Of a stretch of DNA of 64,000 bases, positions 11,487 through 23,374 are shown piece after piece. Positions within the stretch are counted from its first letter, which is position 1. Each line of letters starts with the position of its first letter. The DNA comes from Phyllosticta citribraziliensis. Its lineage: Eukaryota. Made by a program: the position numbers and the translations under genes. The notes below the pieces were generated by a model. The model was given only the letters and a program-made list of their open reading frames with translations. It was not told the origin of the DNA and did not search any database. Location of the stretch: positions 186,001 to 250,000 of the forward strand of contig NW_027117352.1 in NCBI RefSeq assembly GCF_038025025.1, in the 5' to 3' direction.

Positions 11487-12695
11487 CTTTGTGGCACCCG
11501 ATCGGGTGAATCGGACTGCTCTTAGACCGAAACTGAAATCTTTGCGAGTGCTCTGGGGTTTGGAGGTGCCTCTTCTTGCGAGGACGTGAATGTTATGAAC
11601 AGAGAATGATTTGGTGCAATGAAGAAGACAAAGCGGAATTGAACTGGATGATACAAGACCGAGTCCAGAGAGGGTAGGCAGCTCATTATAGGCCTGAATT
11701 CATAGCGGAGAAACGGTGAGATGAAGCCAAAACTGAGAAATGGTGAGATGAAGGAGGATTTATTGGTCGAAGGGCGATAAATAAAGCGGGCTGTACAAAA
11801 TGAAGAAGGAAGCGGGCTGTACAAAACACCAAGATCGCATATCCACTTCTGATGAAGAGGAGCCGAACGAGTTGGATGATGTCGAAGGAGAACTGAGAAA
11901 GAGGCGTGTGGTGCGCGGCCGGCACAAATGCAAGGCCACAGACGCTACGAAGGGAATGATGTCGAAAAGGGAACAGAGAAGAGAGACGTGGCGCGCGGGC
12001 CGGACAATCGCAAGATCACCTAACCATGGCTTGGCTACACAGTTGATTTACCCAAACCTAGAGAATGATGATGCGGACCTTCAAAGGGGGCTGTGCAGAG
12101 AGGGTGTAAAGTGGATTTGCCCGAACTCACAGAGAGATAATCTGAACCATCCGCAAAGGCAGAGAAACGGTGGCAGGCTATGCCCAGGTCCTACGAAACG
12201 GTAAAGGGGGCTGTGCTGTCGACCGAATATCAAAAGGCCGCGAGGGGATGTCCTTCTCAACGAGCTTCAGGCAGTTATCAGTCGCCAGTGCATAAGGCTA
12301 GAGTTCTTGCAATCCAGTCTTTACTTTACTCTGTTGCTCGTCGGCGTGTCGGAAGTCTCAAGCTGGAGAACTTGGTGAATCTATACCCTTAGTCGCATAA
12401 TCCATAAGGTTGATGCATTTCCGATGATTGAGCGCTCAAAGGGGGCATCGGATCGCCTGGTGCGCGAAATGGTTGCCTCGCTTCGGATCGCTCAGCACTC
12501 TCTATTCCATCGGATGGATCCACATCTCATCGAAGGACGCAGGGAATTCCTAGACTATGAACCGAATTCGAGTCTGAATTTTGAGCTCCTGGTCCTTTTG
12601 CCATGTGCAGTGAGACACTGAAGTTATGGTTGCCATGTAGGCAATTGGTCGACAACGCAGTGGAGGCGCCGCATCATACGCTGACGCGCTCCATA

Positions 12696-13062
12696 TTTCC
12701 TGTGCGCTGACAAGCTTCGCCACCACGAAACTCGCCTTGGCACAGCCCCCAGAAGAGGGCAGTGCAGTAATGAGAACGAGAGATTTGTTGCTTTCTCAGT
12801 TCTGGAGCAAAAAGCTCAAGGTCAAGTCCTCTCGACATGAATGCCAAGAAGACAAAAGTTCCAACCGCCAGAAAAGATGTCTGGTTTCTGCGCGCTGACA
12901 AGCGCCACACCAAAATTCGCCTTTGCACAGCCCACAAAAGGGGGCAGTGCAAAGATGAGAATGAGAATACTTGATGCTGTCGCAGCACTTCTCAGTCTGG
13001 AGCACAAGTCTCAAGAACTCATCTCGACCCGAGTACCAAGAAGACAAGATTGCCAACCACCA
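12696..13062. repeat. Diverged tandem duplication, two copies with period ~189 bp
   Basis: Co-linear blocks gcgctgacaagc / gcacagccc / gggcagtgca / atgagaa / ttctcagt(t)ctggagca / ctcaag / tctcgac / ccaagaagacaa / ccaacc(g/a)cca recur from ~12696 and from ~12885. Confidence 0.85.
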
Positions 13063-15379
13063 CTAAGGATACCTAGTCACCAGCAGAGCACGTTCGAGCA
13101 TCTCCAAGGCGCCATTCAGCGTGCCCAGTGCAGCCAGCCGCGTCCTTATCCACTCATGCTTGTTCGTTGAGTCGGAGCTGGCAGCAGAACCACGAGCATC
13201 ATGAGCTCCGTCACGGACTGTCCGATCAATCGAGCAAACTGAGCCAAGCCGCACGAGACGCGGGATGACGTCGTCCTAGACAAAATGACGGGCAGTGGTT
13301 GAGGGAAAAAAGACAGAGAAGGCCTGCCATGGACACTGAAAGCCACGAGAATCACTTGGTACCCAGAGGATATCGCCAAGGGCTGAAGAGAGAAAAAGAG
13401 ATGAGCAAGCCCAGCAGCCAGAGGGATGACAGTCAACTTCCTGCGGAAAGGCCTTCTCTGTTTGATTCCTGAAGCTTTACAATAAGGCAAGGCTCAGGGG
13501 CATCTGCAATGAAGAGATGATAGGGCAAGCAAGAGTCAAGAGAGGAGAAAGAGTAAACTAAGGGGGAAGAACACCGGAGCAAGTAGCAAGACGTCAAGAA
13601 AGGCCACGACTGACAGGAACACTGAGAGGACGCAAAGACCTCTGCTTCCGCACTTCCAACCAAGCCAACGCGAAGAGGGGTTTGACCATTTGCCTTCTCA
13701 CCACCTGGCAGCGGCTTTGGCGCAACTCTGAAAGTCTAGCCGGCCATTTGGAGGAATGTTCCGCTTGCTCGAGTCGAGCTGACAGTTGCCGCCAGTCGTC
13801 CCCAGTTCAGCTGCACCCGGCTTCGCGCAAATTCAAGCAGTTTGGCGATTCGATTCAAGCTCGGCGCCCAGTCCAACCGGACACTCCGTTTGTCTAGTCG
13901 CAGTCCAGGCTGAACTCAAGTCGCAAACGCAGCGGCGCACGCGACCTCGTTCCCGTCTTGGTCGAAGGAGTGAGGCGAGGTAGATAGATGACGGCGCGCT
14001 ATGATTGGTGCGGCAGAGCAGGCGAACCGCGTCGTGGTATACGGAGGACGAGGTAGGTCGTTCTTTCGGGCTACAGGGGGGTTGCGGCAACGCGATTGGC
14101 TGGCGCAGCCGTACGAAGGTTGCGCGCGGAGACGCACTGTTGCTCGTGCTCTGGTCGGAAATGCCGGCAGCGTGTCATGCCGAAAAACAAGCTGGTGTTG
14201 GACCGACTGGCGAAGCGCTGGAGGAAGTCTGAATGACGTCTGGACTGGCAAGACAGTTCGGGCTTGCAGCGACTTAAAGTCTGTGAATCGCATTGTCGGC
14301 AGTCGGCTTCGAAGATAGGCGCTGCGGAGCCGATCCGTCCCAAAGCGGAAAGCCCGGCGACAGCGTGCTGCTTAACTCTCCCGAGTCAGGAAGACGAGAT
14401 AGAGTTCGGCCTGTTCCAACTACAGTAGTTCATGCAGGGCATAGACTCTTTTCAGCCCCAGTCGTCAAGTCAGCTGCAAATCCAATTGCCGGTATTGGTT
14501 GCAATGCCGCATGAGCGCGATTGATTCGCGTCTCCGTCCGAGGGTCCTGGGATGTCGGATTGCTCGTTGGCAGCGGCAAGGCTGGCTCGCGCGTCTCCGA
14601 TGCTGAAAACTAGCGAGTCGAATCGAGATTTGAGAATGTGGCTTTTGTTTTCAAGGCCTTGTTTGCTCGTAGCCAGATGAAGTGTCGGTCCCGGCAGTCT
14701 GCAAGAGGCGTAACCTTGGAAGGATCGGCTCGCCTAGGCTGAGATGTCTTACAGTTTCCCGGGAACAAGTTTTTGGCGACTGCAAGTCTGCTTGTCGGTC
14801 TGGAGCGCGCAGCCATTCACGGCAATGATGTAAACGAAAAGTGAAAGGGTGTTGGAATAGAGATGGAGGTTAACGGGCGCGATGCTGTCTATATTGCAGA
14901 TTCGAAAGGCAATAAATCGCTCAACATGGTCGATAGCCAATCAGAATGGTTCCGTTGATGCATGTTTGACGCAGAGCAAACACCAATAGCTTCCATGGCA
15001 AACTTATGCTGTCGTGTAGCCGGGTAGAAGCGCCACTCGGACGTAGGCTACGAGGCTGGTGGCGCATCCAAACACGACACACGACAGACTCCTTGCGTCG
15101 ATTGGAACATCGGGCGTCTGGCTGGAGTCGAGATGTTTTGGCATGGTGGCGGCCGTGACATGGCACCGGCCTGATGGGCTGATGCGGCCGTAATAGAGGG
15201 TTGTTGGGGATCCATCAAGGTCTTGGGAGCACGCTACCGGGGGGATTGATATCATTATGGATACCGACAAGACGGTTGCAGGTTGCAGAAGAGGAGCCGC
15301 TGTCGATCGTTTCCAGGGCGCATGGGCTGTGGAAATTCCAGAAGGCAGAGGCGGCGGCTCTTGATTCTGCAACAAGGTC

Positions 15380-15798
15380 CACGTGGGGGGAGGCCGAGGC
15401 GACGTCCGGGTCGCGAGGCGTGGACAAGGCAGATTTTTCATCGCGGTCAGCCAAGAGGGCGGAGAAGGCCGATTCGCGCTTGGCAGTTGGCGTCGTGATC
15501 TTGTCTTGCGGGCGGCATTGCTTCGGTTGCTTGAAAGGCATGAGGCGGGCTTGGGAGAAGGGGCCCAGCTTCGCTCATGGCCGTGATGGCTTGCAGTATG
15601 GCGCGGCGAAGGATGGAGCGGCGAGGCAAACGAGAGGGTCGGGTAGCATTGGTGTCGTAAAGGTCGAGGGTTTGGCAGGGACAAGCGAGAGGGACGCGGT
15701 GTTTGGTGGTTGCAGAGGGGAGAGGTGCAGCTGGGTGGTGTTGCGGGCGTCGCGGCATGATTGGCTCAACACCAACACGTGGGATCCATGATTGGCTC
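15380..15798. promoter_or_regulatory. PHO84 promoter: two CACGTGGG Pho4/NUC-1/PalcA-type boxes; the proximal box is flanked by a CATGATTGGCTC direct repeat (CCAAT on the minus strand)
   Basis: CACGTG at 15380-15385 and 15776-15781, both followed by GG; CATGATTGGCTC at 15756-15767 and 15787-15798; upstream of a phosphate transporter gene. Confidence 0.7.
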
Positions 15799-16144
15799 TG
15801 GGCGTGTTTGCGCTGCCAACGGCGACACTTTGCGCCCAGGACTTGGCCGCGTGCGTCTCGCCCTTGGCAGGTCCGGGACACTAGTCATTATTCCCTGCTC
15901 GTGCACCTGTCACACCTTGCCATTGGCCTCGCAACCCTCTTGTGCCGTTATGGTTGACCCTCGATGTCGGCCCCCAGATTCCTTTTCAGCACCTCGCTCC
16001 GCCCAATGAATGAGCCTTTCCCCCGATGGTTTAGTCCCTACATATATCTCCCATCCACCTCACCACCTGCCGTCGCGTCCTTGCAGTGTCACTTTGCATC
16101 CATCGTAGCACCATCTCTTCCGCCAGGCCGGCTCCGCCTTCACC

Positions 16145-18060
16145 ATGGCCGCCGCTCCACCCGTCCACAAGACCGCTGGTGGCAACTCTGCCTTCCACAA
16201 CTACCACAACGATTACGGTCAGCCTCCTCCTACACCAAAACTACCCACCCCCTCCTTGCTGACCTTTAATGCAGCACACATTGCCGACCCCAATGAGCGT
16301 AGACGTCTGGCCCTGGCCGAGATTGACAAGGCCCCCTTCGGCTGGTATCACGTACGCGCCATCGTCGTCGCCGGCATTGGTTTCTTCACCGATGCCTACG
16401 ATCTCTTCGCCATCAACCTGGTCACGCCCATGCTGGGCGTGGTCTACTGGCAAACCCGTCCTGGCGCCAACAGAGGCAGCATCCCCGAACCCTCCGACAC
16501 GGCAATCAAGGTTTCCACCAGCGCCGGTACCGTCATTGGTCAAATTGGCTTTGGTGTTCTCGCCGACATTGTCGGCCGCAAGAAGATGTACGGTCTGGAG
16601 CTCATCATGATCATCTTTGCAACTCTCGCCCAGGCTCTTTCTTCCAGCTCTTCCTCCATGTCCATTGTCGGTCTCCTCGTCTTTTGGCGTGTGCTCATGG
16701 GTATCGGTATCGGTGGTGACTACCCTCTGTCATCCATCATCACTTCCGAGTAAGTACAGCCACTACGCAGACAGGATACAAAGACTGACAGGAACAGGTT
16801 TGCCACGACCAAATGGAGAGGTGCCATGATGGGTTCCGTCTTTGCCATGCAAGGATTCGGTCAATTTGGCGCTGCCATCATGGCTCTTATCGTCACTGCT
16901 GGCTTCAAAGACTCCCTCGAGACGGCCAAGGGCCCCTCGACTTGCTCCGGCGTCTGTGGTATCGCCACTGACAAGATGTGGCGTGTCATCATCGGTTTTG
17001 GCGCGGTTCCCGGCTGCATTGCCCTCTACTACCGCCTGACAATTCCCGAGACTCCCCGCTACACTTTCGATGTCGCCCGCGATGTCGTCCAGGCCGGCTC
17101 CGACGTCAAGGCCTACAAGTCCGGCCAACATGAGGGTGTCCCCGACGAAATCACCCGCATCCAGGCCATGCAGGAGCAAGCTCCCCAACTCGAGATCCCC
17201 AAGGCCAGCTGGGCCGACTTCTTCCACCACTACAGCCAGTGGAGGTACGGCAAGGTCCTCATCGGCACGGCAGGCTCGTGGTTCTTCCTCGACGTTGCCT
17301 TTTACGGCTTGGGTCTCAACAACTCGGTCATTCTCAAGCAGATTGGCTACTCCAAGGGCCACACCATGTACGAGACGTTCTACAACAACGCCGTCGGCAA
17401 CCTGATTCTTATTTGCGCCGGCGCCATTCCTGGGTACTGGGTGACGGTCGCCACGGTCGACACCGTCGGCCGCAAGCCCATTCAACTGATGGGCTTCGTC
17501 TTGCTGACCATCCTCTTCTGCATCATCGGTTTTGCGTACCACAAGCTCAGTGGTGGTGCTCTGCTCGGTCTCTACGTCTTGTCTCAATTCTTCTTCAACT
17601 TTGGTACGGCCTTGTCCCTTTCCACGCTCTTCGCGAGAATAATCCACTGACTCGATCTCTAGGCCCCAACTCGACCACTTTCATCGTGCCAGGCGAGTGC
17701 TTCCCAACGCGCTACCGCAGTTCGTCGCACGGTATCTCGGCGGCGGCAGGCAAGGTCGGCGCCATCATCGCCCAAGTGCTCATCGGACCGCTGCGCACGC
17801 GCGGCGCCACCAAGGCGGGCGACTCGCCGTGGCTCAACCACGTCATGGAGATCTACGCGCTCTTCATGTTCTGCGGCATCTTCACGACGCTGCTGATCCC
17901 GGAGACGAAGCGCAAGACGCTGGAGCAGCTGGCGGGCGAGGTGCCCGGCACGCCCGAGTACGACCCGTCGGAAATGAACCACACGCGCGCCATCAGCGAA
18001 GGCAGCCTGAACGGCGAGAGCGTGACGGTCGAGAAGGGCAGGCCCGAGGATATGGCGTAG
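16145..18060 (+). CDS. PHO84: High-affinity phosphate:H+ symporter (MFS), 4 exons
   Basis: [88 protein letters not shown]; introns near 16218, 16750 and 17603. Confidence 0.97.
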
Positions 18061-18081
18061 ATGGTGTCTTGTTTGTTGCTT

Positions 18082-18082
<1 letters not shown>

Positions 18083-18112
<30 letters not shown>
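18083..18112. repeat. (GAC)10 microsatellite just after the PHO84 stop codon
   Basis: Read directly from the sequence. Confidence 0.95.
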
Positions 18113-18114
<2 letters not shown>

Positions 18115-20667
18115 TGCTCGCCTGCCGCCTTTTCCATGGTCGTGGCAGGCAGTGTGGGTTGGCTGGGCGCGCCGCCGCTTTCTCCCTTCCTTCGTTTTAA
18201 TATATCACGGGCGGGTCGAATGGTCGCTCTCTTGTTTTCTTCCTCTTCCTCTTCTCCTCCATTACACACGCTTCTCAAACCCGATCCTTAGCTCGCTTGC
18301 CCCTCGTACCTCGACATACCCCTCGACACGCAAGACTGAACGGACGGACGGATTGACGGAATGGAACGGATGGCCTTGGGCTGGTTGGTTGTTTGGATGG
18401 TCGGTGCGTGGGCGGTTTTCTGCGACCAAACAAATCGCTTTGGGGTGGTCGTCTTGCTTTCCTCTTCCCTTTTCCCTCCAAAATTCAAATCTAGACAGCG
18501 AAGAAAAGATTCGATCGCGCCGCTAAAAATGCTCTTCCATCTCTGCTCTTGCGTCTTTCATCTTGTAACTGCGACGGGTAGTAGGTAAAGTAAGGCCTGT
18601 CAGCTCGCGCCCCACACAGCAGAACGATCTCGCGGCCCCCGGAATCCAGGATCGAAGGGTGGGTGCGGTGGGTGGATTTATCCGTCGGCTCGGCACATCT
18701 TCCGCCGCGGGCAGGTGGGGGCCATGTTGTGATCGGGCCGAATATTGGACGGTGCTGAGCACGGCATGGCGACGAGAAGGAAACAAACGGATGGCGATGA
18801 TTTGAAGATTGGTGCGAGTCGAGAGCTGGAGAGGAGACGAGGGATGCGCGAGGATGCTGCAGACGCTTTACCTATAGAAGGACAGTAGGAACGTGCGTGT
18901 TTGCGCGTCGTCGCAGGGCACAGGGAGACGGAACGAATCCAAGGAACTCCTGAAGAAGACACCACAAACCGTCGGCAAGCAGCACATCTCAAGTGACGTC
19001 TCTCCCATCGGCCCAGCAAGTCGGCTCAGTGCGTTAAACCTGTTCCTGACGCTGCGGTCGTCGCTCAAGCGAGGCAGGGCAGCGACTGTCCGCCCCACAT
19101 TTCTCCCGGTCCCCTCCCTCGCTCGCCTCTCCCGGCTCCCGCCCGCGCGCGCCGCCATCGAACGGTCCGTCTGCTGCTCGCTCCACATCTGCAGGGAGGG
19201 AGAGGGGGAGGTGCTGGCGAACGCCCAAGTCAGCACTGTTGGGCAAGGATTTCAGACCACTCTGTAAAACAGAGCAGACTTGCGGTTCGTTAATCTGATC
19301 TTGTTTCTCACGGCTCTTGCAAAAATGGCGTCGAGCAATAATAATAGACACACACACATCTTACACACCCAGTCCCAAGCATCCGGATCCCAGGCAGACA
19401 CGGCAGGCGCAGCTATACACATTACCTACATGATGCAGCCAGCAACCGCGCACCACTTCCCTCTGCATCGTCTGCTTCGTCTACTGCACCTCATCCCCCC
19501 CATCCCATGCCGCCGATGCGAGCCACCAACAGATGCCTCCGCCCGCCTGCATGCAACGCATGCACCCACCCGCTGTGCCGCCGCCGCCGCAGCCCGCGGA
19601 CCGGGGTCCTGTCCAATCACACGCCGCCAAATCGCTCCGCGCCGTCCAGTGTTGAACGTCGCCGGGACTTCTGCGGCGCCGTCGGTCGGAGCGACGGCGG
19701 GTTGTGTGGGATGTGATCAAGGGCATGGGGCGCTCGAGACGCGAGGGACAAGGGACGGGAAAAAGGAATGGTGGGTGGAGTGGTGGTGGAGGCGTTGGGT
19801 GGAGGGGAGGGGAGGGGAGGGGAGGCAGCAGGTACGCGTGGAGTAGGCCATCGAGCTGGACTTTGCTCTCTCTCGCTCTCCCCGCATCTAGTGTCTCGTC
19901 ACGCTGGATATGAAGATGGCATACAGCCGTACATGCACTCTCGCTGCCACACACCAAGACGGTGGTGTGGATTCTCGTCAGGGAGAAACGGGAGCGGCCA
20001 GGAGAGCCAAAATTAGCTGATTTGTTGCTGCGGCCCGAAGAGAGACAGATGGCCTGCCAGGGTCTAGGGTCTCGAACCACCGGGCGAACTCGAGCCGGTG
20101 CCAGCTGGCTGGGCGCCGGCGGCGGAGATGTGTGGGTTGCATTTAATCCGTTCGCAATGGAATCGATGATGCCGCGCCTGTTGGTTGTTGTGTTCGCTGG
20201 AAATGCGAGTCGTGTTGCTGAAGGGAAACGCGTGTAGGAGCCGTCGTTCTGGAAAGCAGCGCCGTCTTCTTTTGTTCTCCTCTGCTGCGTACCGTACACC
20301 GTACACGGTAGCACAGTGAACTCGCAACACCATTATCCAACTACAACAATAACAAACGCTGCTCTCCTGTCGTCTGCCTCCAGTCTCAACACGCACATTT
20401 CATCCATCCCCCACATGGAGCTGCATCGATCAGCGCGAGCCTTCGGCCCACGCATCCATCCACCAATCGCCAAACTCCACTGTCCTGTCCGCCCCGATCC
20501 ACGACGCACCCGCCGTAGTGGTAACCACCCCACAACAACCAACCGAAGCGGCCAAGCAGCCAGCCAGCCAGCCAGCCCTACCCCTAAACCCACCCTCGCG
20601 CCCATTCATCCATGCCCTTGGGTCTCCCTGCCCTGCCCTGCCCTCCCCTGTCAAATCTCCGGCCCGC

Positions 20668-20696
20668 GCTGCTGCTGCTGCTGCTGCTGCTGCTGC
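20668..20696. repeat. (GCT)9 microsatellite
   Basis: Read directly; lies in a low-complexity intergenic region. Confidence 0.95.
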
Positions 20697-21609
20697 CCTC
20701 CCTCTGCCTCGGTCGCAGCCTAGATGCCTGCCCTGCCCTGTTGCTGCGCCATCCCCGGCGCGGCAGGTCGAACTAAGTCCACCTTCGAACGTCGCGTCCT
20801 GCTGGAAGGGCCGAATGTGACGGTCCTTCCTCTCTCCTTTGCTTTGGTGCTTCGCGCTCGTCTTGGTTGGCCCCCAATAATCTGCGGGCGGGCGGGCCTT
20901 GCCTTGGCTCGTCGTGGTGCGTTGGACGCTTGTGAGGCCGTGGCTAGGTACATGTACTTAGCTGCTGGCCTACCTATGTACTTTTTGCTGTTGGGTTTCC
21001 GGCTCTGGCTGTTTTCTTCCTCTTGGTCGGACGTCCGTGGCCCGAGTCTTCCTGTGCTTGTTGTTGCATCGCATGCCATGTCGGAGTGGGGTCGGGTGCT
21101 CTCAGGACCTGAGCCTCGGTGTGCTAGGTTGCTGTCTTGGCTGCGCGTGATGGAGCGGTAAGACTTCTAGAAGCTTCTTTTCCCTTTTCGTCTGTCTGTT
21201 TTGTTTCTCGTCATTTTTTTGAGCCGCACCCTTCACCCTTCACGCAAGGACTTGACCAGCGGCACCTCTTTCCCACGTCGGATTGCCACATGCACATAGC
21301 CAGCGTACCCCAACACCCCCGCTTGTGCTGCGAGAGGACACTCCGGGAATCAGCCAGCAGTTGCCATGTCGCCTCGTCGAGACGTGGATGGGAAACTCCG
21401 CCACGTATCATTCTGCACTACCAGCTGCCATCTCTAGCAAAACACAAACTGGCAGCGTACCGATTGTTTGTGGTATATATGCAAACTACCCATTGCAACC
21501 TTCGCTCCCCCGCTGCTATGCAGACATGAAAACGCGGGCGATCTGATGTGGACTGACGCTGTCCTCTTTGCGCATCCGAATGCTCCCGTGGTAATTTCCA
21601 ACTTTGTCC

Positions 21610-22698
21610 TCATTTATCGGAACCATCTCCTTTCATCAACACATACTCCCTTTCGCTTGTCCCAAAGCTGAAGACGTCGTACGGCATCAACTCGACATAT
21701 CGCGACCCTTCAATCCTCTTCTTGTGCAGAAACGTCCCGTTGCTGCTCTCCAGATCAATCAGGTATGGCCGCACCTGGCTTTTGGCGTCGCCAAACTCGT
21801 TGGTCCGCGTCGTGTGGCGGAACTGGAGCACCGCGTGCTGCTTGCTCGCGCTCGGATGCTCGAGCACCATGTCGGCGATCTTCACCTCCCGTCCAAAGAG
21901 CCAGCAGCTGCGGCTATACAGCGGCGTCGAGGCCAACAGGTCCTTGCCCTTGAATATAAAGAGTCGCCAGTCGGCCTTTTGCGGCGGCTTGCGCGCGTCG
22001 GCCGGCTCGTTGTACTTGAGGACGATGTTGGTGCCCTCGACCATGTTGGCCTCGCGCGCAAGCAGGCCCGTCTGATTGAAGTTTGGCTTCTCCTTCTCGA
22101 CGGGCTTCTCGACTGGCCCGCTGTCGCTGTTGCCATTGTAGGCGGCTTCTTGGGAGGGCAGCGGTTTTGTGGAGCGTTTGCTGCGCGGAGGCGACGGGCT
22201 GGTCGACGGCTTGCGGCGCTTGGGGGAGCGCGAGCGCGAACGGCCGCCGCGTCCGCTGCGCCGTGAGGAGCGTGGTGAAACTGAGCGCTCGCTCGTCCTG
22301 TCCTTGCGATGTGGCCGTGTTGGACTGCCCGAGCGGTCCCTGTGGCGCCGTCTTCTCTCGTGCCTGTCGCGAGACGCGCTCCTGCTGCGATTGCGGTCGC
22401 CGCGGGATCTGCTCAGGCTCCTCTTCCTCCTCGAATCATCTTTGGTATCGTCTCTTTTGCGTCGATGGCTTCGTTCCCGGTCCCTCGACTCGTCCCGGTG
22501 CCGCCTCGGGTGTTTGCTTCTGCAGTCGTCCGGGCTTCGTGAATGCCGTTGACGGCGGCGTTCTCTACGATGGTCGTCTTCGTCTAGATCCCGCCCTCCG
22601 CCACGGCTGTGGACCCTTTCTTCCGACAACGACCGTCTGCGTTCGCGCCGTGGCGGGGAGCGTGGCGGACGTGACGTTGATTCAGAGTCTGTTGCCAT
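21610..22698 (-). CDS. PML1: FHA-domain RES-complex splicing factor, SNIP1/Pml1-like (~362 aa)
   Basis: Arg/Ser/Asp-rich N-terminus, then KPNFNQTGLLAREAN..LKYNEPADARKP..WRLFIFK..FGRE..HPSASKQHAVLQFR..PYLIDLESSNGT..FGTSEREYVL; ATG at 22698 (MATDSES). Confidence 0.9.
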   Translation of the reverse strand: MATDSESTSRPPRSPPRRERRRSLSEERVHSRGGGRDLDEDDHRRERRRQRHSRSPDDCRSKHPRRHRDESRDRERSHRRKRDDTKDDSRRKRSLSRSRGDRNRSRSASRDRHERRRRHRDRSGSPTRPHRKDRTSERSVSPRSSRRSGRGGRSRSRSPKRRKPSTSPSPPRSKRSTKPLPSQEAAYNGNSDSGPVEKPVEKEKPNFNQTGLLAREANMVEGTNIVLKYNEPADARKPPQKADWRLFIFKGKDLLASTPLYSRSCWLFGREVKIADMVLEHPSASKQHAVLQFRHTTRTNEFGDAKSQVRPYLIDLESSNGTFLHKKRIEGSRYVELMPYDVFSFGTSEREYVLMKGDGSDK

Positions 22699-23374
22699 GG
22701 GGGTTGGGAGGAGATTTGTTGACGGCGGGAGCAGATGGCTAGGCGGCGGACGGGTAGCGCGGCTCAACCGGCTAAGAATAAACCGATGGCCGTAGTGGTT
22801 GGCGCAAATGAGGTTGTTGTGTGGATCTGAGATTGCAGTGAGTGGGCTTGCAAAGCGTCGAACGGCGGCGCTCCGCCAAGCGAGCGACGTCAGTTGCCGC
22901 GGGGAGGGACTGAGGGAGGCCTGCTCCACCAACTCTCTCCCGTCACCATGCAGCTTCTTGTTTACCTCGGCGGCTAAGTCAGCTGCTATTGACATCACTC
23001 ACGGCTCTCGAAACTTGTACTACACCACGGTGCAGGCCATGTCGTCAAAACTGGCGCGTTCTGCCTTTCGTTTCATCGTCGATGGTGGAGCCTCCCTTGC
23101 AGACGTTGCAGATGGCATACTTTGTGCAGCCTGTCCTCTCTTCTCGTCCACCTCTTCTCCACTGCTTTTGTATCCGCTGGGAACGCGTGCATCTGTGTAG
23201 CATACTGACGTTGACCGCATCAAGTTTCTCGACCGAACTTGCATTCCTTCATCTCTTTGCATTTAGTTTTTGCAAGCCCGTCGCTTGCTCTTCAACCCGG
23301 CACTTTTTTCCTCGTCTTCTTGTGCAGCGCTTTCCTTGTCAAGTCCAACCTCTACCTACCATGACGCCCTCGTC

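Noticed and set aside
13146..15791. Several 100-226 aa ORFs between the array and PHO84
   Set aside because: No recognisable domain or splice pattern, and many start at non-ATG codons; the distal part overlaps the PHO84 promoter.
18150..21550. Many ORFs in the PHO84-PML1 convergent interval, including a poly-Cys ORF
   Set aside because: GC-rich low-complexity DNA; the poly-Cys/poly-Ala comes from the (GCT)n microsatellite.
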